The notes: generated by a model not told the origin, from the letters alone. Shown: positions 8,990-19,752, counted from the stretch's first letter. The stretch: DNA of 58,664 nt from an uncultured Clostridia bacterium (GCA_934148985.1 CAKPDO010000004.1:1-58664), one strand, 5' to 3'. Made by a program: numbers and translations.

Positions 8990-11900
8990 ATGCAAATAGA
9001 CGAAGATACACTAAAACAAATAAAAAATGAACTAAAAGACACAGAAATATTTATAATTCAATATATAGATTTTCTTGAAAACATAAGTAACGAAATAAAA
9101 ATATTATGCAAAGATGAAATTATTTTCAATCTTATGCATAGAGATGCACATTTTAAAAAAATAATCTTAGAAAACCTTACAGACGAAATACAAGATGAAT
9201 TTTTCAAAAAATATTTTAATGAAAATAAAACAAGATTTCCAAGAGAACTAGATATGCGGAGATGAGCTCACAAAAATATGGTCAGTTCTAACTTTGAAAG
9301 TACAAGAAAAAAATGGCTATGTATTTGATGAGATTTACAAAACAGCAAAACAATATGGCTATAGATTTATAGAATTTTGGAAAGGCACCAAAAATCAAGA
9401 GAAGCATTTTATGCACATATATGAAGATATATATAATACAAGTGATTGCGAGTCTGAATTTGAAAGAAGAATTATATATCTTTGGAAAGGAACAAATAAA
9501 GAACAACAAGAAAAACACTTGAAAATGATTTTAAAAGAAAATCCAGCAATAACATTTCGTATATTTAGGGTTACAGATAAGGATATTCAAAAAGATTATT
9601 TTGAAAAAAATAAAACAAGATTAGACGAAAGAACGGTAGCAGAGTTATATTGTGGTTTAGATGAAAAAAACAAAAAAGTCTATTTGGATGAGTTTTGGAA
9701 ATTCTTTTATAAATATTTAAATAAAGATGAAAACTTTATATTAAAACTTTGGAATACAATGGAAAAAGACTTTAAAAGAGAAAACTTTATGAAAGTTTAT
9801 GACATTATAAAAAAAGCAAAGATTGATAAAATAGCTTTTTTAAAAGAGACATCATTTGACGATAGTTATTACGAAATAGCAAAGTTCATTCTAAGAGAAA
9901 ATGAAAAAGACATGAATGAATACACAGAAGCTGTAAAATGTATGTTAAGTGTAAAAGGAATAACAGATGAAGCTTTATACATTAAAAGAGAAAGTCTTGA
10001 TGACCAAATAGAAGTATGGAAAGCTTTAGATGGCTTTTTTGAAAAAAAAAGAAACTGGTTTGAAAAAAATATAGAAAAATATGAGGGGGATATTAAGGCT
10101 CTTATAAAAATTTGGGGAAGTATAAGAGGAGACTTTATTCAATATGATTATAAAGGGGTGTTAAAGAACCTTGTAAGTAATGAAAGGCTATCAAAAGAAG
10201 ATGCTATTAAGTTATTTTCAAATACAGAACCTGATTTACTTAGCTTAGGTACAGTCTTAAAATTAATCAAAAAAATAGATATGCAAAATGCATCTGAAAT
10301 GTTTGATAGATATTGCAATTTAAAAGAGTTACATCCTGAAATAAATCAAACTCTTAATTTGGGAATATTAGAAGAAAAAGTTGCAACATTTATTGGAGAA
10401 GACAAATTAGTAAATTTGGCTTGTAATGAACTTTTACAAGATCAAATTCAAAATAATATAAACAATAAAAATTTCATGAAACTCTTAGGTTATATTGCAC
10501 GAAACAGGGAAAATTGGGCACTAGAGATGGATACTATTTGCAAAAATTTTGCACAATATGAGAAATTAATCAATAATATAAAAAGTGTCGATTTGCAAGA
10601 TGAACAATTAAAACAATTATATTTTTGTTTACTACAGAGAAAAAATTGGTTTAAAGTTGAAACCTTGGATGAATTAGAAAATTACGAAAAAAATAGAAAA
10701 GAAATTTGTCAAAATATTTTAGAAGGAAAAGATACAGAAGGAAGATTATCAAAAGAATTTGAGGATTTAACCGAAAAGAAAAAAAGAATATTTGCAATTT
10801 TAGAACTTTCATATGGAATGGATATTGAAAGTGCAAGAAATTTGGTATATAAATATGGAAAAGATATAGATGAAATTTTAAAGGGGCAATATGCAAATGA
10901 AAAAGTAACAAAAGAATTAAAAAATTTAAAAACAATTTTGAATTTGACTAAAGAAGAAGCACAAACTTTATATGACGAAAATAAAAAAACAATCCAAGGA
11001 TGGGAAAATATTGAATATTCTGCAAGTGTGCATATAGAAGAGCAGGCATTGCAGTTATTTGAAAAGCTATATAATGATGAAATAAAATTAGAAGAAACTC
11101 CACTTGAAAGTATAAAATATAATGAAAAAAATGTAGAAGTTTCTGAGATTACAGGTGATTTTAAAGCTTTTTTTAGGGTAGAAGGAGCGTATAACGCAAA
11201 TTGGAGAGAACCGGAAAATTTCAATGATAGTTTTGAAAAAATAGAACCTGTGTGGAAGCGGCAATTGCAAAAGTTTTGCGTCTAATAATCTTTTTGGACT
11301 TGCAAGGCTAAATGGACCTATATACGGATATGTTAAATGTAAAAGGGGTTCTTTACTACTTATGGCACCTTGGGATATTGGTAGTGATGAAGCCAATAGT
11401 TCTTTTGCTCCTTCGGGATCTCCATGGAATTACAATGTTGGAATTGAATTTAGAATTCCGGAAAAAATGATAGACTCAACTAGGTTTGGATACAATGAAA
11501 CAGTAACACAAAAATGGTTTTATAATAATGAGTCTCATAAAATGGAAAAAGACTTTCCGGATTTTGTATTATACGTAAAATATACAAATGAAAAAGATAT
11601 AAAAGAAGATCAAATGTACAAAATGTGTTTGAAAGCAGCAGCACAATTAGGAGTTCCATTAAAAATTTTTAATTTTGAAAAAAATTTGGAAAGAGAACAA
11701 CTCAAAATTGAGAAATATCTTAGGATATTTACAGGTGAAGAAAAAAACGATACAGGATTAACAAATGAAAAAATTTTAGAAAAAATAATTGTTGATATCG
11801 AAAATAATAGGTCTGGACTAAAGTTTGCTGATAGAAGTTTTAAGGAAATTTATTTTACAGACGAAATGAGAGATAAAACTTATGAAAGAATACATAGGGC

Positions 11901-12222
11901 TATTTTAAGGTATAAAGATATTAATGGAGGAGAGTATAAAAAAATATTGTTATGTTTTAAAAATGTATTAAAAGATGAGATATTAAAGCAAGTTTCTACA
12001 ACAGGCGAGTCAGTAAGTGATTTAAAAAACAAGGCCTTTTTTCTAAATCAGCTATATTTATGCAAAGGCAAAAAAATTACAGGACGTCCTGCAAAAAAAG
12101 AAAGAATTGCAAATAGCTTAATTAGTATGTATAAAAATTATGAGGTAACTTTGGAAGACACAAGAAGGGTTGAAGAAGTATTTTCATCTAGAAAAGGAAA
12201 TGATGCAGGGGAGGAAAGATAA
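8990..12222 (+). CDS. Giant uncharacterised protein, ~1,076 aa if ORF segments 8990-9265, 9294-11285 and 11362-12222 are joined at in-frame CGG sites 9257 and 11259
   Basis: Skipping the C of CGG at 9257 reads ..FPRELDM-G-DELTKIWSVLTLKVQEKNGY.. straight into the 663-aa ORF, which otherwise has only a TTG start and no SD. Skipping the C at 11259 reads ..EPVWK-G-NCKSFASNNLFGLARLNGPIYGYVKCKRGSLLLMAPWDIGS.. into the 286-aa ORF. All connecting codons are open. No known domain recognised. Confidence 0.6.
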
Positions 12223-12295
12223 ATGGATGAAAAAGATGAAGTCTATGAAAGAACTCTTGAATTAGAGAAAATGATTGATAATATAATGAAAAAAA

Positions 12296-12325
12296 GGGAC
12301 CAAAAAGAACCGACCCCAATGGGTC
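12296..12325 (+). repeat. Dispersed intergenic repeat unit (AAAAAGAACCGGTCCCAAT family)
   Basis: GGGACCAAAAAGAACCGACCCCAATGGGTC, about 25 nt upstream of the SD of the 12354 gene. Confidence 0.8.
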
Positions 12326-12353
12326 AAATGAGTCAAAGAAAGGAAGATAAAAA

Positions 12354-12869
12354 ATGAGCGAAAAATTAGTAAATGGAATAATAGGTGCATTTGGAGGAAT
12401 AACATCCATAGCATTTGGAAAAGAAATATTAGTATTTATAATATCATTAATGCCGATATTAGAATTAAGAGGAGGTCTTCTTGCGGCATCCCTTTTAGGA
12501 TTAAAACCAATACCAAGCTACATAATAAGTGTTGTAGGAAATTTACTTCCTATACCATTTATATTACTATTGATAAATAAAATTTTAAATTGGATGAGAA
12601 ATAGCAAACACTTTAAGGGAATAGCTGAATGGTTAGACAAGAAGGTTGAAAAACACAAAGGACAGATTGAAAAATTTGGATATTTAGGAATTGTATTATT
12701 TGTTGGAATTCCACTTCCAGGTACAGGAGCTTGGACTGGTTCTCTTATTGCGTCTGTTTTAGAAATGGATAGAAAAAAGACTTTTTTAGCAGTTCTTGCT
12801 GGTGTATTTTTGGCAAGTGTTATTATGATGATTGTTTCGTTTGGACTTGTGGCTAAACTTGTAGGATAA
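12354..12869 (+). CDS. Small membrane protein, probable small multidrug export family (Sm_multidrug_ex-like)
   Basis: 171 aa with 4-5 hydrophobic helices. The LELRGGLLAA...GNLLPIPF pattern resembles that family, recalled from memory rather than searched. Confidence 0.5.
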   Translation: MSEKLVNGIIGAFGGITSIAFGKEILVFIISLMPILELRGGLLAASLLGLKPIPSYIISVVGNLLPIPFILLLINKILNWMRNSKHFKGIAEWLDKKVEKHKGQIEKFGYLGIVLFVGIPLPGTGAWTGSLIASVLEMDRKKTFLAVLAGVFLASVIMMIVSFGLVAKLVG

Positions 12870-12926
12870 AAATATAATTATGGTAATGGTTGGAATTTTT
12901 GATGTTTTGGAAAGGAAATTGATTAT

Positions 12927-13157
12927 ATGAAGCAAAAATATAACCCAGAAATTTTAGAAAAATGTTTACCTCCATATTTAGAAAATGATTTAAAAAATTT
13001 AAAAGAAGGACTGAAAAATAATGTTAGTTACATAGATTGTCTTATAGATGAACTTCAGGGTTCAGTTAACAGTGCTTGGGTTGATGGAGATATTTCAGAT
13101 GAACAATGTGACTATTTATATAAAAAATATATCAGAATGGAGAAAGAAAATGATTGA
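12927..13157 (+). CDS. Small acidic protein (76 aa), overlaps the start of the HipA-like kinase gene
   Basis: The ORF ends 8 nt inside the kinase ORF (ATG 13150 / TGA 13155-13157). No HTH recognised. Confidence 0.5.
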   Translation: MKQKYNPEILEKCLPPYLENDLKNLKEGLKNNVSYIDCLIDELQGSVNSAWVDGDISDEQCDYLYKKYIRMEKEND

Positions 13158-14046
13158 CTTTACAGAATGTGAGAAAAATAATTTTAAATATTATGGTGGA
13201 AAAAATGGTGGAAAGATATGTATTGTATATCAAGAAAATGACTATATGTTAAAATTTCCAGCAATAAATGAGGGAATATCTGAACATGGATATTCAAATA
13301 GTTGTATATCTGAATATATTGCTTGTAATATTTTGAAAACATTAGGTCTAAATGTGCAAGAAACAATTCTTGGAAGATATAGAATTAATGGAGAAGAAAA
13401 GATTGTTGTTGCATGTAAAGATTTTACTACAAATGGAACTATATTAAAACAATTTGCCGAATTTAAAAATAGTCAAATTGAAACATCGAAAAATGGTTAT
13501 GGAACAGAACTAAGCGAAGTAATAGAAACTATAGAAAATCAAAGCATATATGATGGAAAGAAATTATTAGCTTTCTTTTGGGATATGTTTATTGCCGATA
13601 GTTTAGTAGGAAATTTTGACAGACATAATGGAAATTGGGGTTTTTTAATAAATGAAAGTCTAAGAAGAATAGAGATTGCTCCAATTTATGATTGTGCATC
13701 ATGTCTATATCCGCAGCTTACTGATGAAAGAATTGCTGAAATTATAGATAATGACAATGAAATGGAAGCTAGAGTATATATTTTTCCAACTTCAGCTCTA
13801 AAATATAATGACAAAAAAATAAATTATTTTTCATGGATTTCAGGACTAGAAAATGAAGAGTGTAATCAGGCTCTTTTAAGGATTTTTCCAAGGATAGATT
13901 TTGAAAAAATAAATGTAATTATTGACGAAACTCCTTGTATTTCAAACATTAGAAAAGCTTTTTATAAGAAAATATTGAAAATGAGATATGAAATGATATT
14001 AAAAGTTAGTTATGAAATGCTTATTCAAAAGGAAAATAATTTTTAG
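13150..14046 (+). CDS. HipA-like serine/threonine kinase (single-domain, ~298 aa)
   Basis: HipA_C catalytic signature VGNFDRHNGNWGF (compare GNxDxHxKN) and IAPIYDCAS (compare LAPxYD). The ORF-track start at 13048 is an upstream extension overlapping the 76-aa ORF; ATG 13150 is preferred. Confidence 0.7.
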   Translation: MIDFTECEKNNFKYYGGKNGGKICIVYQENDYMLKFPAINEGISEHGYSNSCISEYIACNILKTLGLNVQETILGRYRINGEEKIVVACKDFTTNGTILKQFAEFKNSQIETSKNGYGTELSEVIETIENQSIYDGKKLLAFFWDMFIADSLVGNFDRHNGNWGFLINESLRRIEIAPIYDCASCLYPQLTDERIAEIIDNDNEMEARVYIFPTSALKYNDKKINYFSWISGLENEECNQALLRIFPRIDFEKINVIIDETPCISNIRKAFYKKILKMRYEMILKVSYEMLIQKENNF

Positions 14047-14073
14047 TCCCCAAAAAGAATCGGTACCAGAAGG
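14047..14073 (+). repeat. Degenerate unit of the dispersed repeat
   Basis: TCCCCAAAAAGAATCGGTACCAGAAGG, immediately after the kinase stop and upstream of the SD of the 14093 gene. Confidence 0.6.
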
Positions 14074-14092
14074 ATAGAAAGGAAACCCAAAA

Positions 14093-15691
14093 ATGCAAAA
14101 AGTAATAATAATAGGTGCAGGACCAGCTGGTCTAACAGCAGCAGACAAATTATTAGATGAAAAAGAAAAATATGACGTAACAATTCTAGAAGAAACATTT
14201 GAAATAGGAGGAATATCAAAAACAGTAAAATATAATGGAAATAGAATGGATATAGGTGGACATAGATTTTTCTCAAAAGACCAAGAAGTTATGAAATATT
14301 GGGAAGAATTAATGCCTATTCAAGGAGAAAATTCATTTGATGACGAAGAATTAAAAAGAGAAAAAAAATTAAATATCGGAGGTCCAAATCCTAATATAGA
14401 AGATGAAGTTATGCTTGTAAGAACAAGGGTATCAAGAATATATTTCTTAAAGAAGTTTTTCGATTATCCTGTTAGTTTGAAATGGAAGACACTAAAAAAT
14501 ATGGGCTTAATTAGAACAATAAAAGTAGGATTTAGTTATATAAATGCTGTAGTTTTCAAAAGAAAGGAAAACTCTCTTGAAGATTTTTACATAAACAGAT
14601 TTGGAAAAGAACTTTACGAAATGTTTTTTAAAAACTATACAGAGAGGCTATGGGGAAGAAAAGCCTCAGAAATTTCAGCCGACTGGGGAGCTCAAAGGGT
14701 AAAAGGCGTATCTATAAAAGCAATCATAAAAGATATGTTCAATAAAGTTTTTGGTAGAAAAAATAAAGAAAATACAGAAACATCTTTAATCGAACAATTT
14801 TGGTATCCAAAATTTGGACCAGGTCAGCTTTGGGAAACATTAGCTAAAAGAGTAGAAAATAAAGGTGGAAAAATATTAAAGGGATACAAAGTAAAAAATA
14901 TAAATATTGAAAATGGAAAGATTATATCTGTAGAATGTGAAGTAACTAAAAATGATATAGAAAATGGAGATTTGATATCACAAGTAAAAAAGAAAACAAT
15001 TACAATTGAGGGTGACATATTTATATCTTCAATGCCTGTAAAAGACTTAGTTTGCGGCCTTAATGGAGAAAATATTCCAGAAAGTATGTTAGAGATTGCA
15101 AAAGGTTTGCCATATAGAGATTTTATGACAGTTGGACTTTTAGTAAACAAATTAAATCTGAAAAATGAAACGAATATAAAAACTCTTGGAAATATAGTAC
15201 CAGACTGTTGGATATATGTTCATGAGCCAGAAGCGAAGTTATTGAGAATACAAATCTTCAACAATTGGTCACCATATATGTTAAAAGACCCAAGAAATAC
15301 AGTTTGGATAGGCCTAGAGTATACTTGTAATGAAGGCGATAATTATTGGAACATGAGTGATAGCGAATTTATAGATGTAGCAGCAAATGAATTGATAAAA
15401 ATGGGTATAATAGAAAAAAATAATATTTTAGATTCACATAGAGAAAAAGTGAAAAAGGCATACCCAGCATATTTTGACACATATTCTAAAATGGATGAAT
15501 TGATTAAATATTTAGATAGCTTCGAAAATTTATATTGTATAGGAAGAAATGGCCAACATCGTTACAATAATATGGATCATTCGATGGTAACAGCATTTGA
15601 AGCGGTTAAAAATATAAAAAATGGAACTAAAGATAAATCAAATATTTGGAATGTAAATACCGAAAAAGAATATCATGAAGAAAAAAAATAA
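14093..15691 (+). CDS. NAD(P)/FAD-dependent oxidoreductase (532 aa)
   Basis: N-terminal Rossmann dinucleotide motif [13 protein letters not shown]...ILEE, followed by GGHRFF. Specific substrate not assignable. Confidence 0.7.
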   Translation: MQKVIIIGAGPAGLTAADKLLDEKEKYDVTILEETFEIGGISKTVKYNGNRMDIGGHRFFSKDQEVMKYWEELMPIQGENSFDDEELKREKKLNIGGPNPNIEDEVMLVRTRVSRIYFLKKFFDYPVSLKWKTLKNMGLIRTIKVGFSYINAVVFKRKENSLEDFYINRFGKELYEMFFKNYTERLWGRKASEISADWGAQRVKGVSIKAIIKDMFNKVFGRKNKENTETSLIEQFWYPKFGPGQLWETLAKRVENKGGKILKGYKVKNINIENGKIISVECEVTKNDIENGDLISQVKKKTITIEGDIFISSMPVKDLVCGLNGENIPESMLEIAKGLPYRDFMTVGLLVNKLNLKNETNIKTLGNIVPDCWIYVHEPEAKLLRIQIFNNWSPYMLKDPRNTVWIGLEYTCNEGDNYWNMSDSEFIDVAANELIKMGIIEKNNILDSHREKVKKAYPAYFDTYSKMDELIKYLDSFENLYCIGRNGQHRYNNMDHSMVTAFEAVKNIKNGTKDKSNIWNVNTEKEYHEEKK

Positions 15692-15707
15692 AAATGTTTG
15701 CAAAAGT

Positions 15708-15775
15708 ACCCAAAAAGAACCGGTCCCAATGGGTCGATACCCAAAAAGAACCGGTCCCAATGGGTCAAAAAGAAC
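15708..15775 (+). repeat. Two perfect tandem units (31-nt period) plus a partial unit of the dispersed repeat
   Basis: ACCCAAAAAGAACCGGTCCCAATGGGTC twice (15708-15735, 15739-15766), then AAAAAGAAC. Lies just upstream of the polA SD. Confidence 0.9.
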
Positions 15776-15790
15776 AGAAAGGAGAAAGCA

Positions 15791-18524
15791 GTGAAAAAGA
15801 AACTTCTATTAATAGACGGAAATAGTATAATGAATAGAGCATTTTATGGAATAATGGGAAGTAAAATGTTAATGACAAATGATGGTAAATACACAAATGC
15901 AGTATATGGTTTTTTGGCAATATTATTTAAAAATTTGGAAGACCTAAATCCTGAATATATAGCAGTATCATTTGATTTAAAAGCTAAAACAGCAAGACAT
16001 AAGTTATATGAGGGGTATAAAGCAAATCGTCATGGGATGCCAGATGAACTAGCAGATCAAATGCCTGTTATAAAAGATATTTTAAGAGCAATGAATATTG
16101 ATATTGTAGAGAAAGAGGGCTATGAGGGAGACGATATTTTAGGAACATTAAGTAAATTTGGAGAAGCACAAGGACTAGATGTAGTAATACTTTCAGGAGA
16201 TAGGGATACATTTCAACTTGCAAGTGATAATATCACAATTAGAATTCCAAGAACTAAGCAGGGAAAAACAGAAGTAGATGATTATAATAGACAAAAAGTA
16301 TTGGAAGAATATGGTGTAGAGCCAAAGTCATTAATAGAAGTAAAAGGATTACAAGGAGATACATCAGATAATATTCCAGGTGTTTCTGGAATTGGGCCTA
16401 AAACAGCAATAAATCTTGTAAAGAAATATGGTACAATTGAAAATTTATATAAACAAATTGATGCCGGAACAGATGATTTAAAAGGAAAGCAAAAAGAAGC
16501 TATTATAAATAATAAAGATATGGCTTTTATTTCTAGGACACTTGGCGAAATAGATGTAAATGTACCACTTGACGATACTCTAGACACTTTAAAAACTGAA
16601 GAATGGGATAAGGAAAAAGTTTTAGAATTATTTAAAGTTTGCAATTTTAAAAAGTATATAGAAAGATTTAATTTAGATGGACAAGGTGTAGAAAATAATA
16701 GTGAGAGTAAAATTGATTTAAAAAATCTATTTAAAATAAATTCTGAAATATCAATTAATGAGATAGAAGAAAAAATTAATAAATTGAAAAAAATAGTTTT
16801 TTATTTAGGATTAGAAGAAAATCAAAATAGTGAAAATATAATAAAGCAAGATATAATATCTATATCAATTTATAATTCTGAAGAAAAAGAAGTTTATTAT
16901 ATAAAAAAAACAGAACATAAAGATGAATTTTATGACTTTTTAAAGCGAATTTTTGAAGATGGAGAGATAGAAAAATTTGGATATGAATTAGGTAGAGTTT
17001 ATATCTTATTAAAACAAATAGGAATTAATGTAAGAAATTTAAAATATGATATAACAGTTGCAAGTTATATATTAGACCCAACTGAGGGAAAATATGTAAT
17101 AGACAATTTAATAGAAAAATACTTGAATTTGAATATAAATGAATACCTTGAAATTAATGGGGCAAATGAAGAAATGAAGCAAATTACAATGTTTGATATT
17201 AAAGAAAATGGAACTGATAGTTTAAAATATAAAATATCATTTTATGCATATGCTATATATGAATTATCTGAAGCGTTGACAGAAAAATTAAAAGAAATAG
17301 AGGCAATTGAATTATTTAAAAATATAGATATGCCAACAGTTGAAGTTTTAGCAAATATGCAATGGAATGGAATGCATATTGAGGAAAATAAGCTAGTAGA
17401 ATTTGGAAATAACCTAAAAGGTGGAATTGACATATTAACATCAGAAATATATAATTTAGCTGGAGGAGAGTTTAATATAAATTCGCCAAAACAATTAGGT
17501 GAAGTTTTATTTGAAAAATTAGGATTACCATCAAAAAAGAAAACGAAAAATGGATATTCTACATCAGAAGATATTTTAGAAAAATTATTAAATGAACATC
17601 CAATAATCGAAAAAATATTAGAATATAGAAAGCTTTGCAAGTTAAATTCAACATATGTTGAGGGAATGAGGCCTTATATAAATCCTAAAACAAACAGGAT
17701 ACATTCATTTTTCCATCAAACAATAACAGCTACAGGAAGAATAAGTTCAACAGAACCAAATCTTCAAAATATTCCTACAAGAATGGAATTGGGAAAACAA
17801 TTAAGAAAAGTATTTGTTCCAGATGAGGGAAAGATATATATAGATGCAGATTATTCACAAATAGAGCTAAGAGTATTAGCACACATGTCAAAAGATAGGC
17901 ATATGATAGATGCATTTGTAAATGGAGAAGACATCCACAAACAAGCAGCATCAAAAGTGCTTCATAAACCAATAGAAGAAGTAACTAAAGAAGAAAGAAG
18001 CAGTGCAAAAGCGGTCAATTTTGGTATAGTTTATGGAATTAGTGACTTCGGCCTAGCAGCTCAACTTCGGAATTAGCAGGAAAGAGGCAAAGGCATATAT
18101 TGAGCAATATTTAGAGGAATATTCGGGTGTAAATATGTATATGCAAAATATTGTTGAAACGGCCAAGGAAAATGGCTATTCAGCTACTATGTTTGGAAGA
18201 AGAAGATATATAAAGGAATTATCATCAAATAATTATATGGTTAGGGAGTTTGGAAAACGTGCAGCAATGAATACTCCTATTCAGGGAACAGCAGCTGACA
18301 TAATGAAAATTGCGATGATAAAGGTTTATAATGAATTACAAAAACAGGGATTAAAGGCTAAAATTGTTTTACAAGTCCATGATGAAATGATGATTGAGGC
18401 TCCTATCGAAGAAGCTGAAAAAGTGGAACAAATTTTAAAAAGTAATATGGAGTCAGCAGCAAAACTTGATGTGCCTTTGGTAGCTGAGGTTTCTAAAGCT
18501 GATAGCTGGTATGATTGTAAGTAG
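15791..18524 (+). CDS. polA: DNA polymerase I, interrupted by a +1 break at in-frame CGG 18068
   Basis: 5'-nuclease domain (LLLIDGNSIMNRAFYG), a 3'-5' exo-like region and pol motifs (DYSQIELRVLAH, QVHDEMMIE). GTG 15791 follows AAAGGAGAAAGCA. The upstream frame ends ..AAQL-CGG-AAT-TAG; skipping the C gives AAQLGISRKEAKAYIEQYLEEYSGV, continuous with ORF 18135-18524. Confidence 0.9.
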
Positions 18525-18528
18525 GAAT

Positions 18529-18616
18529 TTGTTCTTTTGGGACCGGGTCTTTTTGGTACAATGTTCTTTTGAAACTGATTCTTTGATGGAAAGAAAGAAC
18601 CGATTCAAAAGGTGCA
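18529..18616. repeat. Cluster of the dispersed repeat (one inverted unit plus degenerate units)
   Basis: TGTTCTTTTGGGACCGGGTCTTTTTGGTAC is the reverse complement of GTACCAAAAAGACCCGGTCCCAAAAGAACA. It is followed by AAAGAACCGATTCAAAAGGTGC. Confidence 0.75.
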
Positions 18617-18636
18617 ATGCAAGAAAGGAGAAAAGA

Positions 18637-19215
18637 TTGATTAAACTAACAAAGAAAATAATTATACTAATTGTATTAGTGGTAATAGTGTTATCAATTT
18701 TAGGAATGATAAACTTTAAGAGAATAAAAAATCAGATACTTATGACAACATATAAAACAGAATATTCAGAATATGTAAAAAATTATGCAAATGAATATGG
18801 TGTTGATGAATATTTAATTTATGCAATAATAAAAGCAGAAAGTAATTTTAAACAAGATGCTGTTTCAAGTAGACAAGCAAAAGGTTTAATGCAGCTTATG
18901 TATTCTACGGCAGAAGAAATAAGTCTAAAGGTAAATGTTGAACTAAATGAGGAAAATATTTTAGAGCCAGATATAAATATAAATTTGGGAACGAAGTATA
19001 TATCTATGTTAATAAAAAAATATGATAATATAAATTTGGCTTTAGCAGCGTACAATGCCGGGAGCGGAAATGTTGACGGATGGATAAATAAAGGAATTTT
19101 AAAAGAAGATGGTTCTGATATTGAAAATGTACCATTTAAAGAAACTAATAATTATGTTAGGAAAATTTTAAGGGATTATGAAATTTATAAGGAAATATAC
19201 GAAAATAGTAATTGA
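18637..19215 (+). CDS. Membrane-anchored lytic transglycosylase (SLT domain)
   Basis: AIIKAESNFKQDAVSSRQAKGLMQLM (catalytic ES..., GLMQ) and AYNAGSGNV. TTG 18637 after AAAGGAG is preferred; the ORF-track start at 18511 reads through the repeat cluster. Confidence 0.8.
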   Translation: MIKLTKKIIILIVLVVIVLSILGMINFKRIKNQILMTTYKTEYSEYVKNYANEYGVDEYLIYAIIKAESNFKQDAVSSRQAKGLMQLMYSTAEEISLKVNVELNEENILEPDININLGTKYISMLIKKYDNINLALAAYNAGSGNVDGWINKGILKEDGSDIENVPFKETNNYVRKILRDYEIYKEIYENSN

Positions 19216-19230
19216 TAGGAAGTGATATAA

Positions 19231-19752
19231 ATGGAAGCTCCAGAAGTTACAGCTCTCAAGGCAAATGCTAATGATAAAGCATATGTATTGAATGCAGTAT
19301 CTAATCAAGGAAAGTTATTGGAATGGGCATCAGATAAATTAAGAGATGATGAAGATGTTGTTAAAACAGCCCTAGAAAATGATGGTGAGGCAATGGAGTT
19401 TGCAAGTGATAGATTGAAAGATAACAAAGACCTAATGTTACTTGCAATTAAAGGAGCCCCATGGACGGCATGTTATGCTTCTGATAGATTAAGAGCTGAT
19501 AAGGATGTTATTTTAGCAAGTGTAGAATCTTATGGGCAAACTTTATATTTTGCGAGTGAAGAACTTAGAGATGATTACGATGTTGTTAAAGCAGCTGTTA
19601 GCAATAAAGGTCTTATTGTTAAGTATGCAAGTTTTAGGCTTCGCGATAATGAAGAGATTGCAAAAATTGCTGTTGAGCAAAATAAGGTTGCATATCATTA
19701 TTTGAGTGAGAGAATGAAGAATGATGAGGAAATTAAGAAATTGGTTGAATGA
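19231..19752 (+). CDS. DUF4116 repeat protein (173 aa)
   Basis: Five or six repeats of the type ASDxLRDDxDVVKxAVxxxG. Confidence 0.6.
   Translation: MEAPEVTALKANANDKAYVLNAVSNQGKLLEWASDKLRDDEDVVKTALENDGEAMEFASDRLKDNKDLMLLAIKGAPWTACYASDRLRADKDVILASVESYGQTLYFASEELRDDYDVVKAAVSNKGLIVKYASFRLRDNEEIAKIAVEQNKVAYHYLSERMKNDEEIKKLVE

Noticed and set aside
13048-13149. Upstream 34 codons of the tracked HipA-like ORF.
   Set aside because: They overlap the 76-aa ORF in another frame. The kinase homology begins after ATG 13150, which forms a typical coupled overlap.
15708-15775. Possible CRISPR array (also considered for 32441-32566).
   Set aside because: The units are directly adjacent or separated by 3-10 nt rather than by unique ~30-nt spacers. 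They occur in both orientations at many loci, and no cas genes are present.
15698-15790. N-terminal extension of polA (MQKYPKRTGPNGSIPKKNRSQWVKKNRKEKA...). Analogous extensions are seen at 20604-20765 (ATPase), 32494-32589 (MYG1), 45045-45194 (fabZ), 48848-48985 (fabI) and 18511-18636 (SLT).
   Set aside because: The extensions are translations of the dispersed repeat units in varying frames. Each gene has a conventional SD and start codon downstream, at the position where homology begins.
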